Source: Azolla caroliniana (Eukaryota > Plantae > Polypodiophyta). Taken from it: a DNA stretch of 64,000 nt. The position numbers and the translations under genes were made by a program. Position 1 is the first letter of the stretch; the number at the start of each line of letters is the position of its first letter. Positions 12,754-24,057 of the stretch are shown here, piece after piece. The DNA lies in assembly GCA_043228905.1 (NCBI GenBank), contig JBHGNT010000009.1:4774001-4838000 (forward strand), in the 5' to 3' direction. Under the pieces are notes generated by a model. The model was not told the DNA's origin and made no database searches. It was given only the letters and a program-made list of their open reading frames with translations.

Positions 12754-14874
12754 CTACAAGTAGCACTTACCATGTTCTCTTGTAAAACAAACATGTATTT
12801 CGCGAAAACAGTTAAATAAATTCGTTTGGAATCAATTTCTTGTATACAATCTACTTTCTGTGCTTCTTTCTCAATAAAATCATGTCTTTTTTGTTAAGTT
12901 TTAAGTTATAAGTTATAGCGAAATAGTCATCAGTAGCTAATTAGCTGTACAAATGCAGCTAATTAGCTGTCAATAGCTAAATAGTCATCAATAGCATGAA
13001 ATCAACAATCTGCAACATATTCCTCAAATTACACAGTAGATAAGTACAGTGGGAACAAGTAATTAAATTCTTCATTGAATAATGTCATCTCTTTACATAT
13101 TTATAAATTACCATTGGAAATGTCTACAAATCTCCTATAAACAGCTAAGCTCTTGCTAGTCAGTGGAACGAGTCTACATATATTATCCGCATATCGAGCT
13201 CGGAATGGAGTCCACAACCATGCACCTGGTTGGCAGCTCACTATTTGCACCAGGTACTGTTCAGGCATTTCCTCGGGTAGAATGAGACAGCATCTCCGAA
13301 TATTGAAGTAGTGCCGGAAATGTTCTGTATCCAAAATCAATGTATTGTCGGCATTATATTCAGGCCAAGTAGCCCAAAAATCAAAAAGTCTCTTGAATCT
13401 TGCAGCTTCCATTTGCTCACAATTTTCTCGTGCCCATTGACCTTTAAAACGACTTCGCCATTTTGGGAAGAATCTTGCCAAACACTTCCACACATCTGAT
13501 TTTGGTTTTTCACTCCAAATAAACAAATCAAAGTATTGCACAACCCACTCTAGAAACTGATTTGCGTCCCTCCTTGGCTGCATATATCTCACACTCATCA
13601 AGACTTTATCAAGCTCCAAGATCAAGGCTCTTCTTTCGACTTCTAGTGGTTTAGGTTTCCATTCCTGAAACTGAGCCGCTGTTACACCATTTTCTGGTAG
13701 GATACGATCAATCTCAATCAGCTCAGGTTCGACCGACACAACTGGCGTCCTTTTCCTCTTCAAACCCCTAGTCGACTGTGTTGGGCCTGGCTTCACATTC
13801 TGGTGCTCTTGTTTTGTCGACTTAGTTATCAATCCTTGGATTACCTCGGTGCATGTAGCTACTGATATGCTCGATATCAGTCCACTGGTATCACATGTTG
13901 CATCTACCTGCAACACCAAGTCATCCGTGCTACATGCTTGATCAACTTGTGTGACCAGATCACTTGTGTCAGTTGCTACATCTACTTTCAAGATGGGGCC
14001 CTTTAAACATGCCGCAACATCAACAGTATCCACACTGCCATTGGCCTTACGAGCAATAGAATCAAACCCTTTAGACTCTGCAACATCAGAAAACACCAAC
14101 ATATTCACACTCACAAAGTAACTAACAATCTCACAAAACAATATCTTGAACATCAAAGAGTTTCAGTCATAGAACAACACTCTTCAAATTATCTTGGAAA
14201 AACATCATAGAGTTCCATTACATAATGTGGATCAAGCAACAACTAATCTGAGGTTTTACTTGTCCAACAGGATAGTAAAACTTCATAAAACCCTAGCAAA
14301 ATCCCTAAGCTAACAATCATATCCAACTAAACAGTATTTCGCTCCACTACGTCTGGGCCCCTTGACCGAGTAACTGGTCTTGTTCCCGATCGTGGCCCCT
14401 TCTTCAACCTTTTTCTGGTTGGTTCCCCATTTAGCCTTGCTTCTTTCACCCAATGCGCAAGTGTGTCCTCCTCCGACAACCTTCCCATCGCCTCAGCAGC
14501 TAATTGCACATCAGCCGTTTCTTGAACTAGCTTTTCAAGTATAGAGGGATCTGTTTGGACATTTTCAGTAGTTGGGCTCGGTGGGGTGGAATCAAGGTCT
14601 TGAGATTCGAAGAAATGTTGCATCAAGTGTTCATAAACACTGTTGTTGTGAACCTCAGTTTTACATGTTGTTTCCACTATTTCATGGCATTTCACATCAT
14701 TGCCTAATTCAGTACATTGTTCCAAAAGAATAGGGTGGAGCTGATCTGAAGGAGATGTGATAGTAGGACTCTTACTTTCAGCCACGCTGGCAGTAGTATC
14801 CTCATCTGTTGCAGCGTCATCAACACCAGACACATCATGTGCCGTCCTTAATCCACAAGATTCTACAATAACAT

Positions 14875-15780
14875 GGCAGCTATTTAGGATAGCTAATTAG
14901 CTAGTATGATAGCTAATTAGGATAGCTAATTAGCTAGTACGATAGCTAATTAGCTACTTTACTCAACTATGGTAGTAGCTAGGATAGCTAATTAGCTACT
15001 TTCTCAACTATGTAGTAGCTAGGATAGCTAATTAATTAGCTACTTTACTCAACTATGGTAGTAGCTAGGATAGCTAATTAGCTACTTTACTCAACTATGG
15101 TAGTAGCTAGGATAGCTAATTAGCTACTTTACTCAACTATGGTAGTAGTTAGGATAGCTAATTAGCTACTAGGATAGCTAATTAGCTAGTAGGATAGCTA
15201 ATTAGCTACAATGAAAGCTAATTAGCTACTTTCTCAACTATGTAGTAGCTAGGATAGCTTATTAGCTACTAGGATAGCTAATTAGCTGCCAGTAGCTAAT
15301 TAGCTACTAGGATAGCTTATTAGCTACTTTACACACTATGGTAGTAGCTAATTAGCTACTATGATAACTAATTAGCTAGTAGGATAGCTAATTAGTTGCC
15401 AGTAGCTAATTAGCTACTAGGATAGCTAATTAGTTGCCAGTAGCTAATTAGCTTTTTTACACAACTATGGTACTAGCTAATTAGCTAGTACCATAACTAA
15501 TTAGCTACTAGGATAGCTAATTAGCTGCTAGTAGCTAATTAGCTACTAGGATAGCTTATTAGCTACTTTACACAACTATGGCAATAGCTAATTAGTTACT
15601 AGGATAGCTAATTAGTTGCCAGTAGCTAATTAGCTAGTAGGATAGCTAATTAGCTTTTTTACACAACTATGGTACTAGCTAATTAGCTAGTACCATAGCT
15701 AATTAGCTACTAGGATAGCTAATTAGCTAGTAGCTCATTAGTAGGATAGCTAATTAGAAAAGACTAAGCTTATTAGCTAC
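14875..15780. repeat. AGCTAATTAGCT palindrome array filling an accessory-gene intron (15792-14863)
   Basis: Same palindromic unit as in the transposase intron. Confidence 0.95.
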
Positions 15781-16112
15781 ATTATGGTATACCTGTTAGT
15801 TTTCTCCACTCATTTGGTAGAGTTGTACTGCAATCTCCCAAACAGAATGCAGCAATTCGACAGGCATGTTGAAAACAAAGCAGATGGTATGTGTGGTTGC
15901 ATGGTTGTAGGTGAACCAACAAAGACGCAGTTTTGTCCTCCACACCTAACCCGCAAGCGATGCAACGTGCTTGAACTGTCAATAAATCATTTGGTAAGGG
16001 AGCAAGAATGTTCAGGTCCAAATCCTGTCTAGTCCTTACCATTCCCTCCACAAAATGTAGCTGCTTCTAAAGGCAGCTAACTACATGTTCTTGATGAATG
16101 TATTGTTCCTTC

Positions 16113-16663
16113 TGTCATGAAGACATACATCTTGGCTTATCATGACATTCATCTTGGCGAACCAGGAATCGAACCCATAACCTCTTGGTTTACATATTGT
16201 ACTTTAACCATTGTAATAACATATGTGAGATGTAATCATAATAATTATATGTTTAGTTATTACGAGATATTTAGCACATTCTAGATTATTCTAGAATGTT
16301 CTTGAATATTTCATGATTATATTTATTATTATTATTATTCATAAATATCTAAAATATTCTAGAACATTCTAGAATACTCCATAAGGGCCTATAAATAAGA
16401 GTCCATACACTCATCACAACTCATTCGGTTCAACACCAGTCTTTAGCCCTTAGCCTACTCCTTGTAATCTTCTTTCTCATAATATAATCGCATTCCCATT
16501 TCTTATCTCTCACTTATACTTTTCTCTCTCTCGCACTCTCTCCCTTTTTCACTCTCTTTTGCTATCACTATCGCTATCTCTACCGCTCTCGCCATCTCTA
16601 TCGTTATCGTTATCTCTATCGCCATCTCTCTCTCTCTCTGCTTCCTACTCAAGAGTCACGACA
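16113..16663 (+). repeat. Chromovirus 5' LTR
   Basis: Direct repeat of 21455-22005; TATAAATA at 16390-16397. Confidence 0.97.
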
Positions 16664-16665
16664 GT

Positions 16666-16677
16666 TTGAACCGAATG
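16666..16677 (+). promoter_or_regulatory. Self-priming PBS complementary to the LTR transcript 5' end
   Basis: TTGAACCGAATG is the exact reverse complement of CATTCGGTTCAA (16422-16433), ~30 nt downstream of the TATA box. No TGG tRNA PBS is present. Confidence 0.8.
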
Positions 16678-16748
16678 TTTCTTTTCCCTTTCTCCAATAA
16701 CCCTAGCAAGCTTTCTTCTTTATCCTTCTTTCTTTTTCCCCCGCGGTT

Positions 16749-17876
16749 ATGGAGTCGGTCAGCAAGCAAGAGTATATGCGTGTCCTTTCGGAGCTCGATA
16801 TGCTCACCACTAAGTTTGTGGCATTAGAGCAAGAAAATCAAAGGCTACTCGGGGATCTTCAACAAGTCAGTACTGAGAAAGCTCATCAATATGAGGAGTT
16901 ATCACAACGGGTTCATCAACTTGAGGCTACTATATTAACATTACGAGAACAAGCGGCGGGGGTTCAAAACTCCCCAAGGGAACCAAAGATTAGCCTCCCT
17001 GCCAAGTTTGATGGTACCAGATCTCTCTTTCGAGGTTTCCTGAATCAAGTTCGTTTGGTGATTCAGTTACATCCCAATCGGTATCCAACTGATGCTGCCC
17101 GTGTGGGATTAATAGGAACCTTGCTAAGCGGTACAGCGTTAGCATGGTTTGCACCACTTCTTGAGAAGAAATCACCATTACTGGAGGATTTCGAGGCATT
17201 CGTTAAGGAGTTTCAAGCTAGTTTTGGAGATACGGATAGCACTAGGACTGCAATAAACAAGATTCGAAGACTCCGACAAGGAGATCGTCCCGCTTCAGCT
17301 TATGCCGCAGATTTCCGTCTCTTGGCATGCGACATCCCTTGGGATGAGGCAGCCTTAATGGATCAATTCCGTCAGGGTTTGCGTAACGATGTCAAAGATC
17401 TTCTTCTTACTTTCCATGAAGATCCAAAGTCTCTTACTGAAGCTATTAGCCGAGCTGTGCGATGTGATAATCGCCTATTTGAGCGACGTTCTGAACGTCA
17501 ACAAATGTTACGCCGCCAACCGGAACAGACATACGCTTCTATAGTCGCCACACCGCCACAAGGTTCTAGACCCGTTACGAGGGATGGTCCCACTCCGATG
17601 GAAATAGAGTCGACACAACGTCGAGGGCCCTTATCAGATGCTGAGAAACAACGACGTCGGGCGCATCGCCTATGCCTCTACTGTGGTGGTCCAGGACATA
17701 TAGCTGTGAATTGTCCACATAAACCCAGGCATCAAGTTTACCAAGTAAGTGCACATGACAACCCTACATCAAGTTCTACTATCACTTCTAATAACTTAAG
17801 TACTAAGCCTAATAGCCCATGCCATGAGAATAGATTTGATGTCCTGAGCCAATTAGAGGATGTGTTAAACGAATAA
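16749..17876 (+). CDS. gag: Gag (retrotransposon capsid + CCHC zinc knuckle)
   Basis: EPKISLPAKFDG, LRQGDRPASAYAADF, PTPMEI and CLYCGGPGHIAVNC. Confidence 0.95.
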   Translation: MESVSKQEYMRVLSELDMLTTKFVALEQENQRLLGDLQQVSTEKAHQYEELSQRVHQLEATILTLREQAAGVQNSPREPKISLPAKFDGTRSLFRGFLNQVRLVIQLHPNRYPTDAARVGLIGTLLSGTALAWFAPLLEKKSPLLEDFEAFVKEFQASFGDTDSTRTAINKIRRLRQGDRPASAYAADFRLLACDIPWDEAALMDQFRQGLRNDVKDLLLTFHEDPKSLTEAISRAVRCDNRLFERRSERQQMLRRQPEQTYASIVATPPQGSRPVTRDGPTPMEIESTQRRGPLSDAEKQRRRAHRLCLYCGGPGHIAVNCPHKPRHQVYQVSAHDNPTSSSTITSNNLSTKPNSPCHENRFDVLSQLEDVLNE

Positions 17877-17916
17877 GTCCGGCCAAAATAGGAGCCATTT
17901 GGTTGGACCATCCTAG

Positions 17917-20900
17917 TTATGTAGAGTTTTTTCTGCACAAGTCGAGCTTAGCACATCTACAGGTCATCGCGCCCTAGCCTCTGCCCTCCTAGATTCCGGA
18001 GCCAATTCTTGTTTCATGGATCGCGAGTTTGCATTGACTCAAAACATCATCTTGAAAAAACTCCCAAACCCAGTAGCTGTAGGAGTCATCAATGGTCGCC
18101 CTATAGCATCAGGAGATATAGTCGAAGAGTCTGAACCAATTCGTGTAGTCCTAGGTAATTTGGCTAGTGTCATCTCATTTAACATCATTAGTAGTCCGGA
18201 GCACTCTCTAGTTCTTGGTCTTCCTTGGTTTGAGTTACATAACCCAACCATTGATTGGAGAAAAAGAACTATTGAAGAGGTCACCGTACAATCCAAGTCC
18301 CTTGAAGCTCCAACTAAGGATCTAGGATCCCCCACAATTTCAACAATCTCTATACATCAATTACGAGAGGATGGAAGAAAGGAAGACATGATGGTATTTG
18401 CGGTTTTAGCAACTCCCTCATCTAGCTCACAAGAATTGGGGGTCCAACTACCAAAGAAGTACATAGAATTCTCCGATGTGTTCGATAAGGTGAAGGCTAA
18501 TAGACTACCAGAGCATCGACCATATGATTGCCCAATTGATTTGCAGCCAGGAAAAGAGCCTCCATGGGGACCAATTTATAATCTTTCGCCCACGGAGTTA
18601 GAGGTTCTTCGAGAATATATCAATGAGAACTTGGCAAATGGTTTTATCCAACATTCAAAATCTCCTGCTGGTGCACCCATCTTTTTCGTTAAGAAGAAAG
18701 ATGGTACGCTTCGTATGGTCGTGGATTATCGAGGCTTGAATAAAGTGACCGTTAGAAACCGATATGCTCTCCCATTGATCTCAAGCCTTCTAGAACGCCT
18801 CAGTGAAGCAAAGTATTTCACGAAGTTAGATCTTCGAGGTGCCTACAACCTTGTTCGAATTCTTCCTGGGGATGAATGGAAGACGGCGTTCCGCACTCGC
18901 TATGGTCATTTTGAGTACACAGTGATGCCTTTTGGCCTCACGAATGCACCAGCAGTCTTCCAACATATGGCGAATGATATTTTTCGAGACTTCCTCGATA
19001 TCTTCATCATTGTTTACCTGGATGATATCTTGATCTACTCAAAAACTCAAGAAGAACATGATATACATGTTCGCCAAGTTTTGCAACGGCTACGAGAGTA
19101 TGGTCTCTATGCAAAATTGGAGAAGTGTAGTTTCGACCAATGTCAAGTGGAGTTTTTGGGGTACATAGTCTCTTCAAATGGCATCTCTATGGATCCATCA
19201 AAGGTTCAAACAATTTTGGATTGGCAAACACCACAGTCCGTGCGAGATGTGCAATGTTTTTTGGGGTTTGCAAACTTTTATCGCAAGTTCATCAAAGATT
19301 ATTCAAAAATTGTGTTGCCCCTCACTCAACTGACGCACAAGAATCGATCATTTGTATGGAGTATAGATGCGAACTCTGCATTTGAGGGTTTAAAGCAAGC
19401 ATTTACATCCGCACCAATCTTAATCCATGTCGATCCAATGAGGCGCTTTATACTTGAAGCTGATGCATCGGATTTCGCACTCGGAAGTGTACTATCCCAA
19501 ATTGGTGATGATGGTGAACTGCACCCGGTGGCTTTTCACTCACGAAAATTTGAAGCCGCAGAAATCAACTATGAGATTCACGACAAAGAGCTTCTTGCCA
19601 TTGTGGATTCTTTTCAACAATGGCGTCATTTTCTGGAGGGTTCTTCTCAGCAGATTATTGTCTACAATGATCATAAAAATCTAACATACTTTCAAAGTGC
19701 TCGAGTCTTGAATCGACGACAAGCTCGTTGGGCGCAGTTCTTAACTCGTTTCGATTTTGTAATTCTATATCGCCCTGGGATGCAACAAGGAAAAGCAGAT
19801 GCTTTATCTAGACGTTCGTATATGGAACTTCAACCTGGAGAGGCCGCATTTGAAAGCCAAAAGCAAATCCTCTTAGGTCCTGATCGTCTACGAATAATGG
19901 CAATGCATACCATCAACACATCGGGAGATTCAAGGCTTCTTGATTCCATTCGTGAGCAGATTGCGACTGATGCGTTCGCCCAAGAGGTTTTGAGCCATAT
20001 TATCCCAAATCGTGCATCTAGCTCCCAAACTCAAAATCCTCGTCTAGACTACACCCAGTTTAGTTGGCATGATGGGTTACTTTTTCGACAAACTCTCTTG
20101 TATGTGCCTGACGGTCCTTCTCGACTCAAAGTCATGCAACAATGTCATGACACACCAATGGCGGGACACTTCGGCATCCACAAGACTTTTGAGTTGATTT
20201 CTCGCCGATATTGGTGGCCACGGCTTCGCCATTTTGTTACGGATTATGTTCGTAGCTGTGATACATGTTGCCGATCAAAAAAGCCTCGACATCATCCATA
20301 TGGCTTATTACAGCCAATGCCTATTCCGGAGAGCCCATGGAAATCTATTTCCTTGGACTTTATTACGGATCTTCCACCTTCCAAGGGATTTGATTCGATT
20401 CTCACGGTTGTCGATCGTTTTACGAAGATGGCACATTTCCTTCCATGCACAAAGACCATTACTAGTCAAGAGACAGCTGATTTACTCATGCGGGAGGTGT
20501 TTCGCCATCATGGTCTTCCGGATGATATTATCAGTGATCGGGGTCCCCAATTCATCTCGAAATTTTGGCGGCACATGTTCAAACTCTTACATACTTCTTG
20601 TAAACTCTCTTTCGGCTACCATCCAGAGACTAATGGGCAGAGTGAGCGCACCAACCAAACAGTCGAGCAATATCTACGTTGTTTTGTCAACTATCAACAA
20701 GATGATTGGGTGGATTTACTACCTTTGGCAGAATTTGCTTATAACAACTCCGAGCATTCTTCTACTGGATATTCCCCATTTTTTGCAAACATTGGGTACC
20801 ATCCTCGTTGGACGATGCTTGAACATCCTGAACTCCCAAAAAACCCAGCTGCTGAAGATCGGCTCACTCGACTCCAAGAAGTTCAGGATATGCTTTTGCA

Positions 20901-21462
20901 TCATTTATGTGAAGCCCAAAACACTCAAAAGAAGATTGCTGACCGTCATCGGCGTGATTCATCGACTACATTTCAAGTAGGCGATCGTGTATGGCTCTTA
21001 CAAGGTAGCATTAAAACGACCCGACCTTGCTACAAATTGGATTATCAATGTTTTGGCCCATATGTCATAAGTGGTAAGATCAATGATGTGACATTTCGTC
21101 TTGATCTTCCTCCTCATATGCATCTTCACCCGGTCTTCCATGTTTCACTTTTGGAGCCCTACACAACGAGCTCTATTCCGGGTCGTGTTACACCTCCCCC
21201 ACCTCCAATTGACGTTTCCAATGGCTCTGAATATGAGGTTGCCGCTATCCTCGACTCCAAGATAATTCGCAACAAACTATACTACTTGGTTGATTGGTTA
21301 GGCTATACACCTAATGATCGAACATGGGAGCCTGCCGAACATCTTGCCAATGCCTCCGACATGGTTGTTGCATTTCACAACCAATATCCTCATAAACCAA
21401 GTCTGAACTCTTTTCTTCCGACTCGTGCAACTCGTCATCGAAAAGGGGGGATAATGTCATGA
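17917..21462 (+). CDS. pol: Pol: protease-RT-RNase H-integrase-chromodomain
   Basis: The frame is open from 17917 through ALLDSGA (protease), YLDD, DASDFALG, HHCC, GPY, and chromodomain EYEVAAILDS...YLVDWLGY...TWEP. Confidence 0.95.
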   Translation, partial: LCRVFSAQVELSTSTGHRALASALLDSGANSCFMDREFALTQNIILKKLPNPVAVGVINGRPIASGDIVEESEPIRVVLGNLASVISFNIISSPEHSLVLGLPWFELHNPTIDWRKRTIEEVTVQSKSLEAPTKDLGSPTISTISIHQLREDGRKEDMMVFAVLATPSSSSQELGVQLPKKYIEFSDVFDKVKANRLPEHRPYDCPIDLQPGKEPPWGPIYNLSPTELEVLREYINENLANGFIQHSKSPAGAPIFFVKKKDGTLRMVVDYRGLNKVTVRNRYALPLISSLLERLSEAKYFTKLDLRGAYNLVRILPGDEWKTAFRTRYGHFEYTVMPFGLTNAPAVFQHMANDIFRDFLDIFIIVYLDDILIYSKTQEEHDIHVRQVLQRLREYGLYAKLEKCSFDQCQVEFLGYIVSSNGISMDPSKVQTILDWQTPQSVRDVQCFLGFANFYRKFIKDYSKIVLPLTQLTHKNRSFVWSIDANSAFEGLKQAFTSAPILIHVDPMRRFILEADASDFALGSVLSQIGDDGELHPVAFHSRKFEAAEINYEIHDKELLAIVDSFQQWRHFLEGSSQQIIVYNDHKNLTYFQSARVLNRRQARWAQFLTRFDFVILYRPGMQQGKADALSRRSYMELQPGEAAFESQKQILLGPDRLRIMAMHTINTSGDSRLLDSIREQIATDAFAQEVLSHIIPNRASSSQTQNPRLDYTQFSWHDGLLFRQTLLYVPDGPSRLKVMQQCHDTPMAGHFGIHKTFELISRRYWWPRLRHFVTDYVRSCDTCCRSKKPRHHPYGLLQPMPIPESPWKSISLDFITDLPPSKGFDSILTVVDRFTKMAHFLPCTKTITSQETADLLMREVFRHHGLPDDIISDRGPQFISKFWRHMFKLLHTSCKLSFGYHPETNGQSERTNQTVEQYLRCFVNYQQDDWVDLLPLAEFAYNNSEHSSTGYSPFFANIGYHPRWTMLEHPELPKNPAAEDRLTRLQEVQDMLLHHLCEAQNTQKKIADRHRRDSSTTFQVGDRVWLLQGSIKTTRPCYKLDYQCFGPYVISGKINDVTFRLDLPPHMHLHPVFHVSLLEPYTTSSIPGRVTPPPPPIDVSNGSEYEVAAILDSKIIRNKLYYLVDWLGYTPNDRTWEPAEHLANASDMVVAFHNQYPHKPSLNSFLPTRATRHRKGGIMS

Positions 21463-22005
21463 AGACATACATCTTGGCTTATCATGACATTCATCTTGGC
21501 GAACCAGGAATCGAACCCATAACCTCTTGGTTTACATATTGTACTTTAACCATTGTAATAACATATGTGAGATGTAATCATAATAATTATATGTTTAGTT
21601 ATTACGAGATATTTAGCACATTCTAGATTATTCTAGAATGTTCTTGAATATTTCATGATTATATTTATTATTATTATTATTCATAAATATCTAAAATATT
21701 CTAGAACATTCTAGAATACTCCATAAGGGCCTATAAATAAGAGTCCATACACTCATCACAACTCATTCGGTTCAACACCAGTCTTTAGCCCTTAGCCTAC
21801 TCCTTGTAATCTTCTTTCTCATAATATAATCGCATTCCCATTTCTTATCTCTCACTTATACTTTTCTCTCTCTCGCACTCTCTCCCTTTTTCACTCTCTT
21901 TTGCTATCACTATCGCTATCTCTACCGCTCTCGCCATCTCTATCGTTATCGTTATCTCTATCGCCATCTCTCTCTCTCTCTGCTTCCTACTCAAGAGTCA
22001 CGACA
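21455..22005 (+). repeat. Chromovirus 3' LTR
   Basis: Direct repeat of 16113-16663, following the PPT. Confidence 0.97.
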
Positions 22006-22999
22006 CCTTCAACGCAACAGAGAAATTTACCGATTAATTATTCTTGTTGTTGAAAGATACGCCAACTTTGTTCAGGAATTGTTAACTTACTTGAAGCTTA
22101 TCCAAAATGTAATCTGCAACAGTATTTACACCTAGAAGGTCCAGGTTCATTGAAAGAACCTGAATCTCTATTTGCAGTTCTATTTTACGCTGGGGATCCA
22201 GTGGCCCCTCTAATTCAAGCTCCTGTTGCGCAACCTATTCCAGATAATGCTTGATTAGCACATTTTACCCGTTATTTATAACACAATCACATACCAGCAA
22301 AACAATAGTTACCTGAATCTTATTTCTAATTGTTGTAACAGCGGAAGTAACTTTGCTCTCCATTGCAGAAGCCATTGTAGCTTTCTCTAACTCGGTCTTA
22401 AAAAATGCCAATGTCTCATAGGCTTCATGGACATTTTTTAGCATATAACTAACCAATGTCTCACCTGTATCATCGACATTGGCTTTCCTTGGGTGTCGGT
22501 GTGGTGTATGCCCCTGGTCTTGCTGGGAGTCAGCAGTTGCATCAACAGCTGCCATGCTCCAAAATCTGTCTATTTTTTGTGCCAAGGTCCCCATTGTTCG
22601 GCATCTTTTTACCGATGCCTCACCATAGAATGCCCAAGCTACCCTATACATTTCAGGGTCTCTGGATTCCTTCGTTGTTTTGTAGTACTCATATACAAAT
22701 GCTCTAGCAAATGAAACTGACAACTCATTGTTGACTGGGATCTCCTGATGAACTTTCTGGTGTAGTCTCATGTAGTCATCGTACAAGTCGGCTCGTACAT
22801 GCTTCAGCTTGACCTTGCCTTTGACTCTAGGCACTGTATATACTATCATCCAGTCTACATCACTGATCAATTTATCACTTAGGACAGCAGGGTCAACACC
22901 CTCGAGTGACAGACCATAGGTGTTGTGGAAGTCCTCCTTTGTCTCACAAAATTTTGCGAAGTTTAGCACTCTCGTATATGGAGGAACGAGCCATCTGAA

Positions 23000-23510
23000 A
23001 TATCATTTCAGAAATCAGAAATAGTGCAAAATCAGAATATGTGAGAATCAGAAACCCCAATCAACAACAACAAAAATGGTGCAAAATCTTTAACTTAGCA
23101 AATCAGAAACCCTAATCATAATTTGTATTCAGAAATTTGAAGAAACTCTAATCAAAATCTGTAATCAGAAGTTTAAAATCAGAAACCCTAATCAAAATCT
23201 GTAATCAGAAGTTTGTAACCAGAAACCTTATTCCGAAATTTATAATAAAAAACCCTAATCAGAAATTTCAATCAGAAACCCTAATCAGAAATTTCAATCA
23301 CAAACCCTAATCAAAAATCCTAAACAGAAATTTATAAACAAAAACCCTATTCAGAAATTCTAATCAGAAATTCTAATATGTAATCAAAATTAGTAACCAG
23401 AAACCCTATTCAGAAATTATAATCAGAAATTTATAATCAAAAACCCTAATCAGAAATTTCAATCACAAACCCTAATCAGAAATTTCAATCAGAAACCCCA
23501 ATCATCACTA
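23000..23510. repeat. Degenerate AATCAGAAA(CCCT/TTT) microrepeat filling accessory-gene intron 1
   Basis: ~12-13-bp units lying within the predicted intron 23549-22995. Confidence 0.9.
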
Positions 23511-24057
23511 AAGACAGGATTAAACACAAAAAAAGTAATATAAACACACTTGTTGCTACTCCCCGATTTGCGAGACATCCTTGTATGGGACTCCAAGGAC
23601 TTCTCCCTATTCGATTTTGGGGAAATATGAATCAGCACCAAAGTTCAGACAATAGTCAAAAAGAAAAAACAAATGTTTGGGGTTTCTGTAACTGCAACAT
23701 ACCTGGACGATGATCGAGCGGGTTCTGTGTTGTAGCTCTCAATCTGCAATGTTGATTTTCTGCTGTTGCGGGAGCTACGTCTGCGTTCGTGCTCTGAGTA
23801 CTCCATCTGCGTTCAAAATCAGAATTAGGCTAAACAGGAAATTGATTACATTGAAGTTGACCTTAGATGATGGTGCTATTCCCCAAGTTCCACTACGTCT
23901 GAAACAGAAGTTCAAATATTTGAGTTTTTTCATAAATTAGTTTTTCAAATATTTGATTTTCCCACAAAAAAGACTAGCTAAACAAATAGCTAATTAGCTA
24001 TGGCCATTTTAGTAGCTAATTAGCTATAATAGTGTTTCCACTCGCATGCTTTTACCC

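Larger units (their letters stand above)
16113..22005 (+). mobile_element. Full-length Ty3/gypsy chromovirus (Tcn1/Tf1-like)
   Basis: 551-bp LTRs at 16113-16663 and 21455-22005, TG..CA, identical by eye. TSD CCTTC at 16108-16112 and 22006-22010. PPT AAAAGGGGGGATAA at 21441-21454. gag and pol with chromodomain. Confidence 0.97.
13101..23578 (-). pseudogene. Transposon-borne multi-exon accessory gene with central RING finger, interrupted by a chromovirus
   Basis: Predicted exons 23578-23550, 22994-22313, 22234-22091, 16108-15793, 14862-~14330 and ~14077-13101. The first four junctions are GT-AG and keep frame; the last junction is unresolved. RING-like CIAC...PCNHTYHLLC...CLGDC. One TAG near 16068. 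Confidence 0.7.
8091..24057 (+). mobile_element. Complete TIR DNA transposon, Sola2-like (~10 kb excluding nested LTR element)
   Basis: 25-bp TIRs GGGTGAAAGCATGCGAGTGGAAACA (8091-8115) and TGTTTCCACTCGCATGCTTTTACCC (24033-24057), 1 mismatch. 4-bp TSD TATA at 8087-8090 and 24058-24061. Flanks rejoin into an intact array unit. GRG/CYC termini and the transposase motifs fit Sola2. Confidence 0.88.

Noticed and set aside
23000-23510. AAACCCT telomere-like repeats
   Set aside because: The heptamers are not contiguous; they sit inside AATCAGAAA units within a predicted intron.
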